From Candidatus Limivicinus sp. (GTDB taxonomy: Bacteria; Bacillota; Clostridia; Oscillospirales; Oscillospiraceae), in NCBI GenBank assembly GCA_045222695.1, contig JBGUZD010000128.1, positions 1 through 55,921 on the forward strand: a DNA stretch of 55,921 nucleotides. The letters run 5' to 3'. Positions 16,040 to 25,690 of this stretch are shown here, piece by piece. A model generated the notes under the pieces. It was not told where the DNA came from. It saw nothing but the letters and a program-made list of their open reading frames with translations, and ran no database searches. Every line of letters begins with the position of its first letter. Position 1 is the first letter of the stretch. The translations under genes and the position numbers were made by a program.

Positions 16040-17890
16040 TTATTCGATGACGTAGGGGACGGAAAAGACGTAGACGTTCCGATAGGTCTCCATCTTCCGC
16101 ATCAGGCGGTGCGTCGTGCTGTTGTGCAGGATCTTTTTGAAGGGAGAGGTCACCACGAGGCCGCCCATCATGACGATCAGTCTCTCGTCCTTGAGGGACT
16201 CGGCCTCCTGCTTGATATGCGCGAGCAGGATGTCGTTGGTATTGCGCAGCGTCGTGACGTCGTAACGGAACTCGCAGTCGACGCCCAGCGCCTCGATCTG
16301 TTCCCTGATCTTCAGCGCCTGTTCCTCCGTGCTGCAGACGCTGTAAAGCTCCATGGCCGGGAAGCCGCAGCTCAGCGCGCAGTTGAGGGTCTTGATGAAG
16401 GACTTGTTCAGACCCTGCACGGGGATGATGACGCGCGCGGTCTTTTCATGGTTGATCTCCGCAAGCGCGTTTTCCACAGAGGAGATGGTCAGGTCGGCGC
16501 TGACCTTTTCATAGTGGCGCTTGATGTTGAGCATGATCATGATGAACAGGAAGATCAGCAGCAGCGCGACCCATGCGCCGCGCATGAATTTCATGATCAC
16601 GATGATGATCAGCACCGAGCCGGTCAGCACGCTGCCGAAGCCGTTGATCGCGGCCTTTATCTTCCAGTGCGGCCCTTTCCGCTTGCGCCAGTGCGTGAGC
16701 ATGCCGAACTGGCTGAGGAAGAAGGAGATGAACACGCCGCTGGCATACAGGGGGAGCAGCAGATGCTGGCTGCCCCGGAAGATGAACACGAGCAGCGAGG
16801 CCATGGCGAAGAGGAACAGGATGCCGTTGGAGAAGTTCAGACGCGAGCCGCGGTTGACGAGCTGCTTCGGCAGATAGCCGTGGCTGGCGATCAGGCTCAT
16901 CAGGAGCGGCAGATCCGCGAAGGCGGTGTTCGCCGCGAGGGAGAGGATGACCACCGTCATGACCTGCGTGACATAGAACATCGCGCTGCCCTTGCCGAAA
17001 ACGGCTGCGGCCAGCAGGCTGACGGCCGTCGCGTCGTCGCTGGGCACGATCTTGTAGAGCGTGATCAGAAGGCTCACGCCGAAGAAGATGACGCACACAA
17101 AGCTCGCCATGGCGAGCAGGACCTTTTTGGCGTGCTTCGGCGCGGGCTCCTTGAAATTGGGAACGCCGTTGGAGACCGCTTCCACGCCCGTCAGCGCCGT
17201 GCAGCCCGAGGCGAAGGCCTTGAGGATGAGGATCACCATCGCGTCGGTCGCAAGCTCCGTCGAGTTGGCGGCCATGACCGCCTGCTCGGCGGGCGTAACC
17301 ATGCCGAGGCTGTACTTGATGATGCCGGTCGCGATCATCGAGAACATCGTCAGGATGAACAGATAGGTCGGCACGCCGAACATCACGGAGGAGTCGCGGA
17401 TGCCGCGCAGATTGCCCCAGGTCAGCAGGCAGATGATCGCAAAGGCCAGCAGCGCCTTATACGGCAGCATGGACGGAAAGGCCGAGGTGATGGCCGCGGC
17501 GCCCGCGCAGGAGCTGACCGCCACCGTCAGGATATAGTCCATGATCAGCGAGCCGCCCGCGATCAGGCCGATCTTTTCACCGAGGTTGTCCGAAGCCACG
17601 ATATACGCGCCGCCGCCCTCGGGATAGGCCTCGATGGTCTGCCGGTAGCAGAACACGAGGATGGCGAGCAGACAGATGATCGCCGCGACGATGGGCAGGA
17701 AGTAACGGAAGGACGCCATGGCGAGCACCGGGATCAAGACAAGCAGGATCTCCTCGCCCGCATAGCTGACGGAGGAGATCGCGTCGCTGGCAAAGATCGG
17801 GATGCCCCACAGGACGTTGAATTTTTCTTCGCTCAGCTCGGTGTCCTCCAGACGCCGTCCGAGGAAAAAGGTCAAAAGCTTTTCTTTCAA
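16040..17890 (-). CDS. APC-superfamily permease with C-terminal cytoplasmic domain
   Basis: About 12 TM segments followed by a soluble domain of about 150 aa. The TTG start at 17890 is preferred because a GGTGG SD lies 7 nt upstream; the ORF-track TTG at 17908 has no SD. It lies 40 nt upstream of proC with no terminator between them. Confidence 0.8.
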   Translation of the reverse strand: MKEKLLTFFLGRRLEDTELSEEKFNVLWGIPIFASDAISSVSYAGEEILLVLIPVLAMASFRYFLPIVAAIICLLAILVFCYRQTIEAYPEGGGAYIVASDNLGEKIGLIAGGSLIMDYILTVAVSSCAGAAAITSAFPSMLPYKALLAFAIICLLTWGNLRGIRDSSVMFGVPTYLFILTMFSMIATGIIKYSLGMVTPAEQAVMAANSTELATDAMVILILKAFASGCTALTGVEAVSNGVPNFKEPAPKHAKKVLLAMASFVCVIFFGVSLLITLYKIVPSDDATAVSLLAAAVFGKGSAMFYVTQVMTVVILSLAANTAFADLPLLMSLIASHGYLPKQLVNRGSRLNFSNGILFLFAMASLLVFIFRGSQHLLLPLYASGVFISFFLSQFGMLTHWRKRKGPHWKIKAAINGFGSVLTGSVLIIIVIMKFMRGAWVALLLIFLFIMIMLNIKRHYEKVSADLTISSVENALAEINHEKTARVIIPVQGLNKSFIKTLNCALSCGFPAMELYSVCSTEEQALKIREQIEALGVDCEFRYDVTTLRNTNDILLAHIKQEAESLKDERLIVMMGGLVVTSPFKKILHNSTTHRLMRKMETYRNVYVFSVPYVIE

Positions 17891-18128
17891 TGCAGTTCCA
17901 CCTTTCAAAACAGATCCGCGCCATGCCTCTTCAAACGGATCCGGGAAAAAGCCGTATTCTGTTATCGGAGCGGGAGCTCTCCCGGAGATCCCCCGTCCCG
18001 CAACGAGTCACACAACATAATATTTTATCAAATCGAAGGGCTTCTGTAAACAGTCTTTTTCCCGCCGCACGCTCTTCCCAAGCGGCGCCGCGGCGTGGTA
18101 TACTATAAAAAAGCAGCTTTCGGAAAGG

Positions 18129-19034
18129 ATGAAAACCATGTCCGCCGCTCTGCATCAGATCGTCGTCATCTTCATCGGTATCGCGGCCGGCTTTGCCTGC
18201 CGCCGCCTCGGCGTGCTTTCCGAGCAGGGGACGGGCACGCTGTCGAACCTTGTCGTCAAGCTGATCCTCCCGCTCTATCTCTTCGCGGCGATCCTGAACA
18301 CCTCCGTGGACGTCGCGGCGGGCGGCGTGCTGGGCGCGCTGCTGTGCTCGGCGCTTCTTTTCCTGTTCAGCGGCCTCGTCGCCTGGCTGTTCGTCGTTCT
18401 GACGCGCCCGAAGGTCTCCGATCGGGGCGTCTATCTTTTCGAGCTGATGTGCGGCAACGTCACCTATATCGGCATCCCGGTCTGCGCCGCGGTGCTCGGC
18501 CCCTCCGCCGCCTTTTACGCCTCGCTCCTGAACATCCCCTACAATCTCATCTGCTTTTCGCTGGGCGTTTTCCTCCTGGCGGGCAAGCTGCCCTGGAAGA
18601 AGATCTTCAACCCGGCCTTTCTCGCGGCCCTCGCCGCGGCGATCCTCTATATGCTGCGCGTTCCCGTGCCGAAGCTCCTGTTGGACGGCTGCGCCTTCAT
18701 CGGACAGGCGACCTCGCCCTGCGCGATGCTCATCATCGGCTCGGTGCTCGGCGGCGTGCCCTTGCGGAAGCTCTTCGACGAGTGGCGCGCGATCCCCTAT
18801 GTCGCGCTGCGCCTCGGGGGCATCGCGGCCCTGGTCATGCTGCTGCTGCGCCCCGTGAACGCCGAGCCCGTGCTCGAGGGCGTGCTGGTGCTGATGGCGG
18901 CCATGCCCGCGGCGACGAACTCCACGATGCTCTGCACGATCTACGGCGGCAACCGCGAGCTCTCGGCCAAGCTGATCTTCCTCTCCACGGCGCTCTCGGC
19001 GCTGACGATCCCGCTGTGGGCCGCCTGCTTCTGA
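18129..19034 (+). CDS. AEC-family (auxin efflux carrier-like) transporter
   Basis: 301-aa polytopic protein with a Mem_trans-like N- and C-terminal half organisation. Confidence 0.8.
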   Translation: MKTMSAALHQIVVIFIGIAAGFACRRLGVLSEQGTGTLSNLVVKLILPLYLFAAILNTSVDVAAGGVLGALLCSALLFLFSGLVAWLFVVLTRPKVSDRGVYLFELMCGNVTYIGIPVCAAVLGPSAAFYASLLNIPYNLICFSLGVFLLAGKLPWKKIFNPAFLAALAAAILYMLRVPVPKLLLDGCAFIGQATSPCAMLIIGSVLGGVPLRKLFDEWRAIPYVALRLGGIAALVMLLLRPVNAEPVLEGVLVLMAAMPAATNSTMLCTIYGGNRELSAKLIFLSTALSALTIPLWAACF

Positions 19035-19043
19035 CAAAAAAAG

Positions 19044-19083
19044 AAAAGCTCCCGAAAGAATTCACTTTCGGGAGCTTTTCTTT
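19044..19083. terminator. bidirectional terminator
   Basis: AAAAGCTCCCGAAAG aattca CTTTCGGGAGCTTTTCTTT. Confidence 0.9.
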
Positions 19084-19087
19084 GCCT

Positions 19088-20116
19088 TTACAGTTCGTCC
19101 TTGTGCTCGGCGTAGAACGCGCGGTAGTCCTTGAGCATATATTTCAAGAGATTCGGCGTGTCCAGGCCGTAGGGACAGCGCGAGGCGCATTGCCGGCAGC
19201 CGAGACAGTCCTCGATCCGATCCATCTTCGCCTGCCACTCGGGCGTGAAATACTGCTTCCACGGCGAGCGGCGCAGCAGTCTGTCCATGCGCGCGCAGTT
19301 GCGGATCTCGATGCCGACCGGGCAGGGCATGCAGTAACCGCAGCTGCGGCAAAAGCTGCCGGCGAGCTCCTGTCTGTCTTTTCGGATGACGGCGGCGAGC
19401 TCGTCGTCCATGTCCGGATCCTCCGCGGCCACGGCGAGCCATTCCTCCAGCTCCTCAAAGCGCTGGATACCCCAGATCGGCACGACGTTGTCATAGCCCT
19501 TCATAAAAGCGTGGCAGGCCCGCGCGTTCTGAAGCAGGCCGCCCGCGAGCCCTTTCATCGCAATGAAGCCCATCCCGGCGGCCCTGCACTTGTCGGCCAG
19601 GGCGAGATCGCGCTCGCTGGAGATATAGCTGAAGGGGAACTGCAGCGTCTCGAAAAGGCCCGAGGCGATGCAGTCCTCGGCCACGCCGACGCGGTGCGTC
19701 GTCACCCCGATATGGTCGATCCAGCCGCGGCTCTTTGCCTCCAGCGCGCCGGCGTACGCGCCGTCCGGCTCGTCGGGAGAGGGCATCTCCGGCACGTTGT
19801 GGAACTGGAAAAGGTCGATGTGGTCGGTGCGCAGCATCTTCAGGCTGTTCTCGATGTGCGCAAGCACGCCCGCGCGGTCGCGCGCCTGGCTCTTGGTCGA
19901 AAGCACGATCCCGCCGCGCACGTCCGCGAGCGCGAGACCGATCTTCTCCTCGCTGTCGGTGTAGGCGTTGGCCGTGTCGAAATAGCGGATGCCGCCCTCG
20001 TACGCGGCCCGGAGCAGCCGCACGGCGTAATCCTTTTCACAGCGCTGCAGCGGCAGACAGCCCATCGCGGTCTTGGTGACGGTAAGTCCGGTCGAGCCGA
20101 GCGGTATTTTTTTCAT
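19088..20116 (-). CDS. aldo/keto reductase with C-terminal 4Fe-4S ferredoxin-type domain
   Basis: MKKIPLGSTGLTVTKTAMG, then FDTANAYTDSEE, and the Cys clusters CRSCGYCMPCP and CLGCRQCASRCP. The start at 20116 follows a GAGGGG SD. Confidence 0.85.
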   Translation of the reverse strand: MKKIPLGSTGLTVTKTAMGCLPLQRCEKDYAVRLLRAAYEGGIRYFDTANAYTDSEEKIGLALADVRGGIVLSTKSQARDRAGVLAHIENSLKMLRTDHIDLFQFHNVPEMPSPDEPDGAYAGALEAKSRGWIDHIGVTTHRVGVAEDCIASGLFETLQFPFSYISSERDLALADKCRAAGMGFIAMKGLAGGLLQNARACHAFMKGYDNVVPIWGIQRFEELEEWLAVAAEDPDMDDELAAVIRKDRQELAGSFCRSCGYCMPCPVGIEIRNCARMDRLLRRSPWKQYFTPEWQAKMDRIEDCLGCRQCASRCPYGLDTPNLLKYMLKDYRAFYAEHKDEL

Positions 20117-20204
20117 GCGATAATCCCCTCTCTTTTTGTAATTATCTCTATTATTATACCAAAAGCCCGGAGGCCTGTAAAGCGATATGATCCGTTCCGC
20201 GGCG

Positions 20205-20233
20205 TTGACAATCCCTGGGAGAAGCTTTATAAT
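20205..20233 (+). promoter_or_regulatory. consensus sigmaA promoter for the 20.3-22.6 kb three-gene unit
   Basis: TTGACA (20205-20210), 17-nt spacer, TATAAT (20228-20233). Confidence 0.65.
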
Positions 20234-20304
20234 CATGAACATGAATAAGACGGGAGCCGCCGGAAATCTGTGTTCTGTATAATCTGTACAAGGGAGTGGG
20301 GACT

Positions 20305-20970
20305 GTGAGAGCGTTCCTTATCAGCATCTGCGACGTTGCGGTGTGGCCGATCACCTTGATCGAACTGGTGATCCTGCTTCTGGCTATGAAGGGAAGCGAT
20401 AAGGGAAAGAAGCCCCTCCATCTGTTCACCGCCCTCGTCGCCTTCGGGCTCTTTTATGACGCGCTGATCATCGCGCTCGGCTCGACGGATGGCAAGCTCT
20501 TTTGGTACCTCAGCCGCCTGAGATATGTGTTCCACGGCGCACTGATCCCGCTGCTGTTTCCGATCTGCGCCTACGCGCTGGACTTCAACAAAACCTGGAA
20601 GACGATCGTCTGGGTCTTCACCGGCGTTCTGATCGTGCTGGGCGTTGCCGGGGGCTTCGCCACGACTCTGGATACGAACTACTTCGCGGGTACCTTTCGC
20701 TACATTCCCAACGACGGCACACCCGCCTGGGCAACGGTCGTCAGCAATGTCCTGAGCTTCGGTACTGTCATCCCGCTGATCATCGCGGGGATCGTCGTCT
20801 GGATCCGCCAGAAGACCCCGGCGCTTTTCCTCGCGGGATTTCTGATGTTCGCCTTCTCCGCGCTCGGTCCCGCCACGTACAACTTCGACCTGATCTTCTT
20901 CATCAGCATGTTCGGAGAGGTGTGCATGGCGCTTTTCTTCCTCATCTACGCAAAGCAAAAAGAAAAATAA
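20305..20970 (+). CDS. hypothetical polytopic membrane protein
   Basis: About 7 hydrophobic segments. The GTG at 20305 lies 8 nt after an AAGGGAG SD, whereas the ORF-track GTG at 20296 overlaps the SD. No family was recognised. Confidence 0.6.
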   Translation: MRAFLISICDVAVWPITLIELVILLLAMKGSDKGKKPLHLFTALVAFGLFYDALIIALGSTDGKLFWYLSRLRYVFHGALIPLLFPICAYALDFNKTWKTIVWVFTGVLIVLGVAGGFATTLDTNYFAGTFRYIPNDGTPAWATVVSNVLSFGTVIPLIIAGIVVWIRQKTPALFLAGFLMFAFSALGPATYNFDLIFFISMFGEVCMALFFLIYAKQKEK

Positions 20971-20995
20971 CATATACGAAAGGACGTCCGACAAC

Positions 20996-21934
20996 ATGAG
21001 CAGCTTCAAAGACTTACGCATCGTCGACAACTTCTACCAGACCAGCTCCTACATCCCCATGCCTACCGTCATGCTCTCGACCCTGGCCGAGGACGGCAGC
21101 ACTTCCGTTGGCTCGTATTCCCTGTGCTTCCCGTACTACATCGCGGGCAAGGGCTACTACGCCATGATCCTGGAGGCGCGCAACTCCTCCAACACCGCGC
21201 AGCATCTGCTGGCGGGCAGAAAGCAGGTCGCCATCAACTTCATGCCCGAGGGCCGCGGCTATCACAAAAAGATCGTCGCGCAGGGCTGGCCCGGCGACAC
21301 CCCCGCCGAAAAGATGAAGAACTTCGGCTTTACGCTCGAGGACGGCCTGTGCATCGAGGCCGACCCCTCCACGCCGCGTCCGAAAGTGGTCGCCGAGGCC
21401 TATCAGGTCTTCGAGTGCACCTGGGTGAGCGAGCTGGAGAACGCCGATGAGGACATCGGCCGCAAGCTCGAGGACGGCTGCTATCCGCCCCCCTACAAAA
21501 ACTTCAACGGCATCACCAGCCAGTACGGCGCGCACTTTATCCTGCGCATCGACAAGGTGCTGATGAAGCCCAAGTTCTACGACAACATCATCAACGGCGT
21601 GAAGGGCAGGCTCTGGCCCAACGTGCTGATCTGCCACGGCTACCGCGACAGCAAGAACTTCTGGTTCGCCAAGACGCCGCGCCTCGTGCCCGAGCTGCTG
21701 CCGATCCGCAACGCCACGCTCTCCTCCGTCCGCTACGCGGCCGACCGCACCGATCCCGACGTCCACTTCACCGACGACGCGCTGGAGATGCTCCTCAACG
21801 TCCCGCGCATCTTCCTGCCGACGGTGCTCAAGGGCTGCGTGGCCTGGGCCAAGGAGCACGGCGTGACCGAGGTCACGGCCGAGGAGATGAAGATCATCAA
21901 CGACAAGCGCGCCAAGGAAAAGGGCAAGGGCTAA
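20996..21934 (+). CDS. flavin reductase-like (FMN-binding split-barrel) domain protein with C-terminal extension
   Basis: The N-terminal 200 aa resemble flavin-reductase-like proteins (PMPTVMLSTLAEDGSTSVGSYS through AHFILRIDKV). This is a weak by-eye call. Confidence 0.55.
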   Translation: MSSFKDLRIVDNFYQTSSYIPMPTVMLSTLAEDGSTSVGSYSLCFPYYIAGKGYYAMILEARNSSNTAQHLLAGRKQVAINFMPEGRGYHKKIVAQGWPGDTPAEKMKNFGFTLEDGLCIEADPSTPRPKVVAEAYQVFECTWVSELENADEDIGRKLEDGCYPPPYKNFNGITSQYGAHFILRIDKVLMKPKFYDNIINGVKGRLWPNVLICHGYRDSKNFWFAKTPRLVPELLPIRNATLSSVRYAADRTDPDVHFTDDALEMLLNVPRIFLPTVLKGCVAWAKEHGVTEVTAEEMKIINDKRAKEKGKG

Positions 21935-21946
21935 AAGGAGGCGCCT

Positions 21947-22555
21947 GTGGAAGGATACGTTTTTACCGTCCCGATGGCGCTGGCTGATTTCGTCCCGGTC
22001 ATCCTCTTCGGGATCAGCGCCGTGCTGCTGATACGCGATCTGAAAAACAAGATGACGAAGGGAAGCTTCGTCTGCTTGGTCTTCGGCGCCTGCGTGGGCT
22101 TTCTCGCGGGCTTTCTCAAGGCGCTCTACAAGCTGCTGATCGCCATGGGCATCGGCGCGTACGAGACGCTCAATACGGCCTTCCTTCCGCTGCAGTCCAC
22201 CGGGCTGCTGCTGACGGGCCTGGCGATCGTGCTGATGCTCGTGCTGCGGAAAAAGGCCGCGCTGATGGCCCCACTGACCGCGGGCTGCATCGGCATGATG
22301 GTCCTCGGCCTCGGCTGCATGTGCGCGGGCCTCGGGGTCGTGTCCGCGAAAATGAAAAAGAAGATCCTGATCCCCGTGTTCATTCTCTGCTTCTTCTGCT
22401 ACATGGGCATGGGCTATCTCGCCGCCAAAAAAGACGGCAGCGCCGCCTCCAACTGGATCGAGCAGGGCGTGAACACGCTCGGCCAGATCCTGCTGCTCCT
22501 CGGCGTGGGGACGCTGCACAAGGCGGGCCTGCGCGAATTCATGCTCTCCAGGTAA
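21947..22555 (+). CDS. hypothetical membrane protein (5-6 TM)
   Basis: GTG start 5 nt after an AAGGAGG SD and 12 nt after the previous stop. The product is hydrophobic throughout. Confidence 0.6.
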   Translation: MEGYVFTVPMALADFVPVILFGISAVLLIRDLKNKMTKGSFVCLVFGACVGFLAGFLKALYKLLIAMGIGAYETLNTAFLPLQSTGLLLTGLAIVLMLVLRKKAALMAPLTAGCIGMMVLGLGCMCAGLGVVSAKMKKKILIPVFILCFFCYMGMGYLAAKKDGSAASNWIEQGVNTLGQILLLLGVGTLHKAGLREFMLSR

Positions 22556-22566
22556 AAGCGTTTGAC

Positions 22567-22612
22567 AAAAAGAACGTCCGGTCTCCGTGAAGGAGATCGG
22601 ACGTTCTTTTTT
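22567..22612. terminator. bidirectional terminator
   Basis: AAAAAGAACGTCCGGTCTCC gtga AGGAGATCGGACGTTCTTTTTT, a 16-bp stem with one G-U pair. Confidence 0.9.
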
Positions 22613-22615
22613 GCT

Positions 22616-25600
22616 TCAGGAGACGGTACCGACAGTCTCCTTTTCTTCCGCGGCGACAGAAGCCGCTTCTTCATCGGGCTGCTCCGATTCGGCGTCCGCG
22701 GCTTCGGCCGCCGCGGCCTTTTCGGGCCTGCGTGCGCGCTTTAGCAGCACGGCTGACAGCAGGACGAGCAGCAGCACGAGCACGATCCCGCCGATCAGGC
22801 AGTAATTCGGATCGACGCTGCGCGCCAACACGCAGAAGCGGATCTCGGATCCCGTGGCGTCGAAGATCATATAGCTGCCGTCGACCGTGTATTCGCGCGT
22901 TTCCAGCCCGTCCTCGCCCTTGACGCACAGAATGGGCCTGCCGCTGAAAAAGGAGGTCTGCGGTATCTGGTAGTGGATCGAATACGACTCCAGATCGGCC
23001 ACACGGCTGGAGATCTCCACTTTCAGGGCCTCGCAGAGGACATAGTGCTCATAGGGAAGGATCCCCTCGCTCCAGTCGCTGACGCTGACGCTGGAGCCGG
23101 GCTCAAACATGCCCTCGATGATCACGGCAGGCAGGACCGAGCCCTCGCGGGTGTAATCCGCGGCAAGGCCGGTCAGACGGTCGAGATACACCGCGTCCAC
23201 GGTGACGGACGAGGTCAGATGCGTCAGATCCGTTGTCGGCCAGTAGCCGCTGTATCCGCGAATCTCCGGCACGGCGGGGATGTCTGCGGGATCGACGCCG
23301 CCGCCGTAGGGGACAGACAGTTCGCGGATCACAAGTCCGTCCGCGCGGAAGCTGACCTTCAGCGAACGGAAGCGCTCCGGCAGCCCTTCCATGGCGTAGA
23401 GTTCGCGGTAGCTCACAGGCGTTGCCGCCTGATCATAGCTGATGCCGTCCACGCCGCCGAGCGTGTCGCTGACGAAGCTGTTGTGATAAATGAAGAGGTC
23501 GTCGTCCTCGCTGTCCGCCCAGCCGCAGATCGCTCCGTTGCAGGCGATGGTCTCGTCAAGATCGACGATCGAACTGCACTCTACCACGCGCTTGCCCTGG
23601 CCTGCGATGCCGCCGACGTATTCGCTCCCGTCAACAAGGCACATCGCATAGCTGGACGTGACGATGGACTTGGACTGCCCGACGATGCCGCCGCAGTAGT
23701 TGCCGCCTGCCTTGACGTCGCCGTAGTTTTCTGACGAAGAGATCACGCCCAGCTCCGCAAGACCGCAGATGCCGCCGTCATAGTCCTTTTTGGCGGAGAT
23801 GAGGCCGGTATTGAGGCATTTACGCACGATGCAGCGCGCAAAGTAGGAGTCGGTCGAGATCTGGACCGAATCGGTTATATTGGCCGAGAGGATGCCTTCC
23901 AGGTCAAACTCGGCCTCCACGCCCATTGCTCCTGCGATGCCGCCGACGTCCGTGTCGCCGTTGATCTCACCGTTGTTGGTGCAGAACAGGACTTTGCCGT
24001 TCATGTCCGCGTCCGTATCCAGATCGGAAATGTCCTCCATGACGCGCAGCTGCAGATTGCCCGAGAGTGCGTTGGTAAACATCGTCAGGATATTGCTGTA
24101 GTGCGCGTTGACGCTCTGCATGTCTCCGGCGAGGCCGGAGAGCGTGCTGTGGATCGTTCGGCCCATATTGTTGAGCCCGGATGCGAGCGAAGCGAATTCC
24201 GCCCGCATACGGGCATTTTCCGCTTCCAGCGCGGCGAGCTCGGCCTCACGCTGAGCGTTCAGCAGATCGACCCTCGCAGCCAGATCGGACCCGCCCTGTA
24301 CGGCGAGGCCGCTGCCCACATCGATAAGCTGGTCTTTCTCGTCATCCGACAGGTTGCCGCTGACGGTATCGCTGATCGTATCGCTTCCGAGCGAGTCTGC
24401 CGCGCTTCCGATCGCGCTTCCGGCTCCGGAGGCTGCGTCGTTGAAATCCTCGCGGTGCGCCTGCTTTTCCCTCTCATCGGCTGCGCCGGACTGCTCGTCG
24501 ATCGCCTGCCCCACATAGTGGCTGCCGATATTCGAGCCGCTGTCGCGGACCTGCTGCGCGGAGGAGCCGAGCTGCGAGGAGTTCACGCTCATATCGTTCA
24601 TGGCCTTGTCCATCGCCACCTGAAGCGCACTGATCTCGTCGGCGAGGGAGGAGGAGTCGTCCAGGATCAGATAGGGTTCCATCTGACCGACGATACCGCC
24701 TACGTCCTTACGGCCGAGGACCGTGCCGTTGTTGGTGCAGTTCTGTATCTGGCCGGACTGCCGGCCCGCGATGCCGCCGATGTTGTAGCCGTAATGCTGA
24801 TAGCCCACGGTTCCGTCGTTCGCACAGCCGTCGATCAGACCCAGGCTGATCCCCGCGATGCCGCCGACGTCGGAGACGGTGTCCTCATCCTCGGCAGAGA
24901 CGAGATTGATGCCGACGATGTCATGGATATCCAGCGTCTCGATGTCGATCGTCCTGTCGCGGATCTCGGTATTGACCTCGGCGCTGCTGCTGCAGTGAAT
25001 GATCGTTCCGTCGCTGTATCCGGCGATACCGCCGGAGAAGTGTTTGCCGTTGACGCTGCCCGCCGCGCGGCAGTCGCTGATCACGCCCAGATTCTCGCCG
25101 ACGATGCCGCCGACGGAGACCAGGCCTTCCACCGTTCCGGTGAAGCTGCAGCCGGACAGACTGCCGCGGCTCGTGCCGACGATACCGCCCACGCTGCTGC
25201 GGCTGCCGTCGGGCATGACCGTGCCGGAGACATTCAGATCGAGGATGCGCCCTTCCTGCTCAAGATAGCGGAACAGCCCCTGATGAGAGCCGTTGGAGGC
25301 GCAGTAGAAGTTCTTGATCGTATGCCCGTTGCCGCAGAAGGTGCCGGAGAAAGAGGGAACGGGCATGACGGAGCGGCCTGCAAAGTCGATATCGGCCTCG
25401 AGCTGCACACTCAGCCCGATCGACCAGACGCTGCTGCGGCAGTTCCGCGAAAAGGCCTCAAATTCCTCGGCCGAGGTGATACGGATCGTCTTTCCCTCGT
25501 TTTTGCCGGCGGATCCGTCCACATAGCCGATGACGAGCTGCCCGCCCGCGTCGGCAGAGCTCTCCTCTGCGGCGGCCGCATCATCCTCCGTCCCGTCTGC

Positions 25601-25690
25601 GAAGACCGCGGCGGGGAAGAGAGAGAACAATACACAGAGTGCACAGAGCGCGGCAAGGAGAACGGAAAGAGAATGCTGTTTATTCTTCAT
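22616..25690 (-). CDS. large surface protein with two blocks of GLUG-motif repeats, central coiled coil, N-terminal signal peptide and C-terminal TM anchor
   Basis: Signal peptide MKNKQHSLSVLLAALCALCVLFSLFPAAVFA. Repeated VGGIVG/GGIAG units such as SVGGIVGTSRGSLSGCSFTG and FSGGIAGYSDGTIIHCSS. Heptad-like segment LNAQREAELAALEAENARMRAEFASL. C-terminal helix LIGGIVLVLLLVLLSAVLL followed by an acidic tail. Confidence 0.85.
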   Translation of the reverse strand: MKNKQHSLSVLLAALCALCVLFSLFPAAVFADGTEDDAAAAEESSADAGGQLVIGYVDGSAGKNEGKTIRITSAEEFEAFSRNCRSSVWSIGLSVQLEADIDFAGRSVMPVPSFSGTFCGNGHTIKNFYCASNGSHQGLFRYLEQEGRILDLNVSGTVMPDGSRSSVGGIVGTSRGSLSGCSFTGTVEGLVSVGGIVGENLGVISDCRAAGSVNGKHFSGGIAGYSDGTIIHCSSSAEVNTEIRDRTIDIETLDIHDIVGINLVSAEDEDTVSDVGGIAGISLGLIDGCANDGTVGYQHYGYNIGGIAGRQSGQIQNCTNNGTVLGRKDVGGIVGQMEPYLILDDSSSLADEISALQVAMDKAMNDMSVNSSQLGSSAQQVRDSGSNIGSHYVGQAIDEQSGAADEREKQAHREDFNDAASGAGSAIGSAADSLGSDTISDTVSGNLSDDEKDQLIDVGSGLAVQGGSDLAARVDLLNAQREAELAALEAENARMRAEFASLASGLNNMGRTIHSTLSGLAGDMQSVNAHYSNILTMFTNALSGNLQLRVMEDISDLDTDADMNGKVLFCTNNGEINGDTDVGGIAGAMGVEAEFDLEGILSANITDSVQISTDSYFARCIVRKCLNTGLISAKKDYDGGICGLAELGVISSSENYGDVKAGGNYCGGIVGQSKSIVTSSYAMCLVDGSEYVGGIAGQGKRVVECSSIVDLDETIACNGAICGWADSEDDDLFIYHNSFVSDTLGGVDGISYDQAATPVSYRELYAMEGLPERFRSLKVSFRADGLVIRELSVPYGGGVDPADIPAVPEIRGYSGYWPTTDLTHLTSSVTVDAVYLDRLTGLAADYTREGSVLPAVIIEGMFEPGSSVSVSDWSEGILPYEHYVLCEALKVEISSRVADLESYSIHYQIPQTSFFSGRPILCVKGEDGLETREYTVDGSYMIFDATGSEIRFCVLARSVDPNYCLIGGIVLVLLLVLLSAVLLKRARRPEKAAAAEAADAESEQPDEEAASVAAEEKETVGTVS

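Noticed and set aside
20240-20290. A 15-codon ORF (MNMNKTGAAGNLCSV) in the leader of the 20.3 kb operon
   Set aside because: It has no SD and a composition typical of non-coding leader. This is chance-level evidence.
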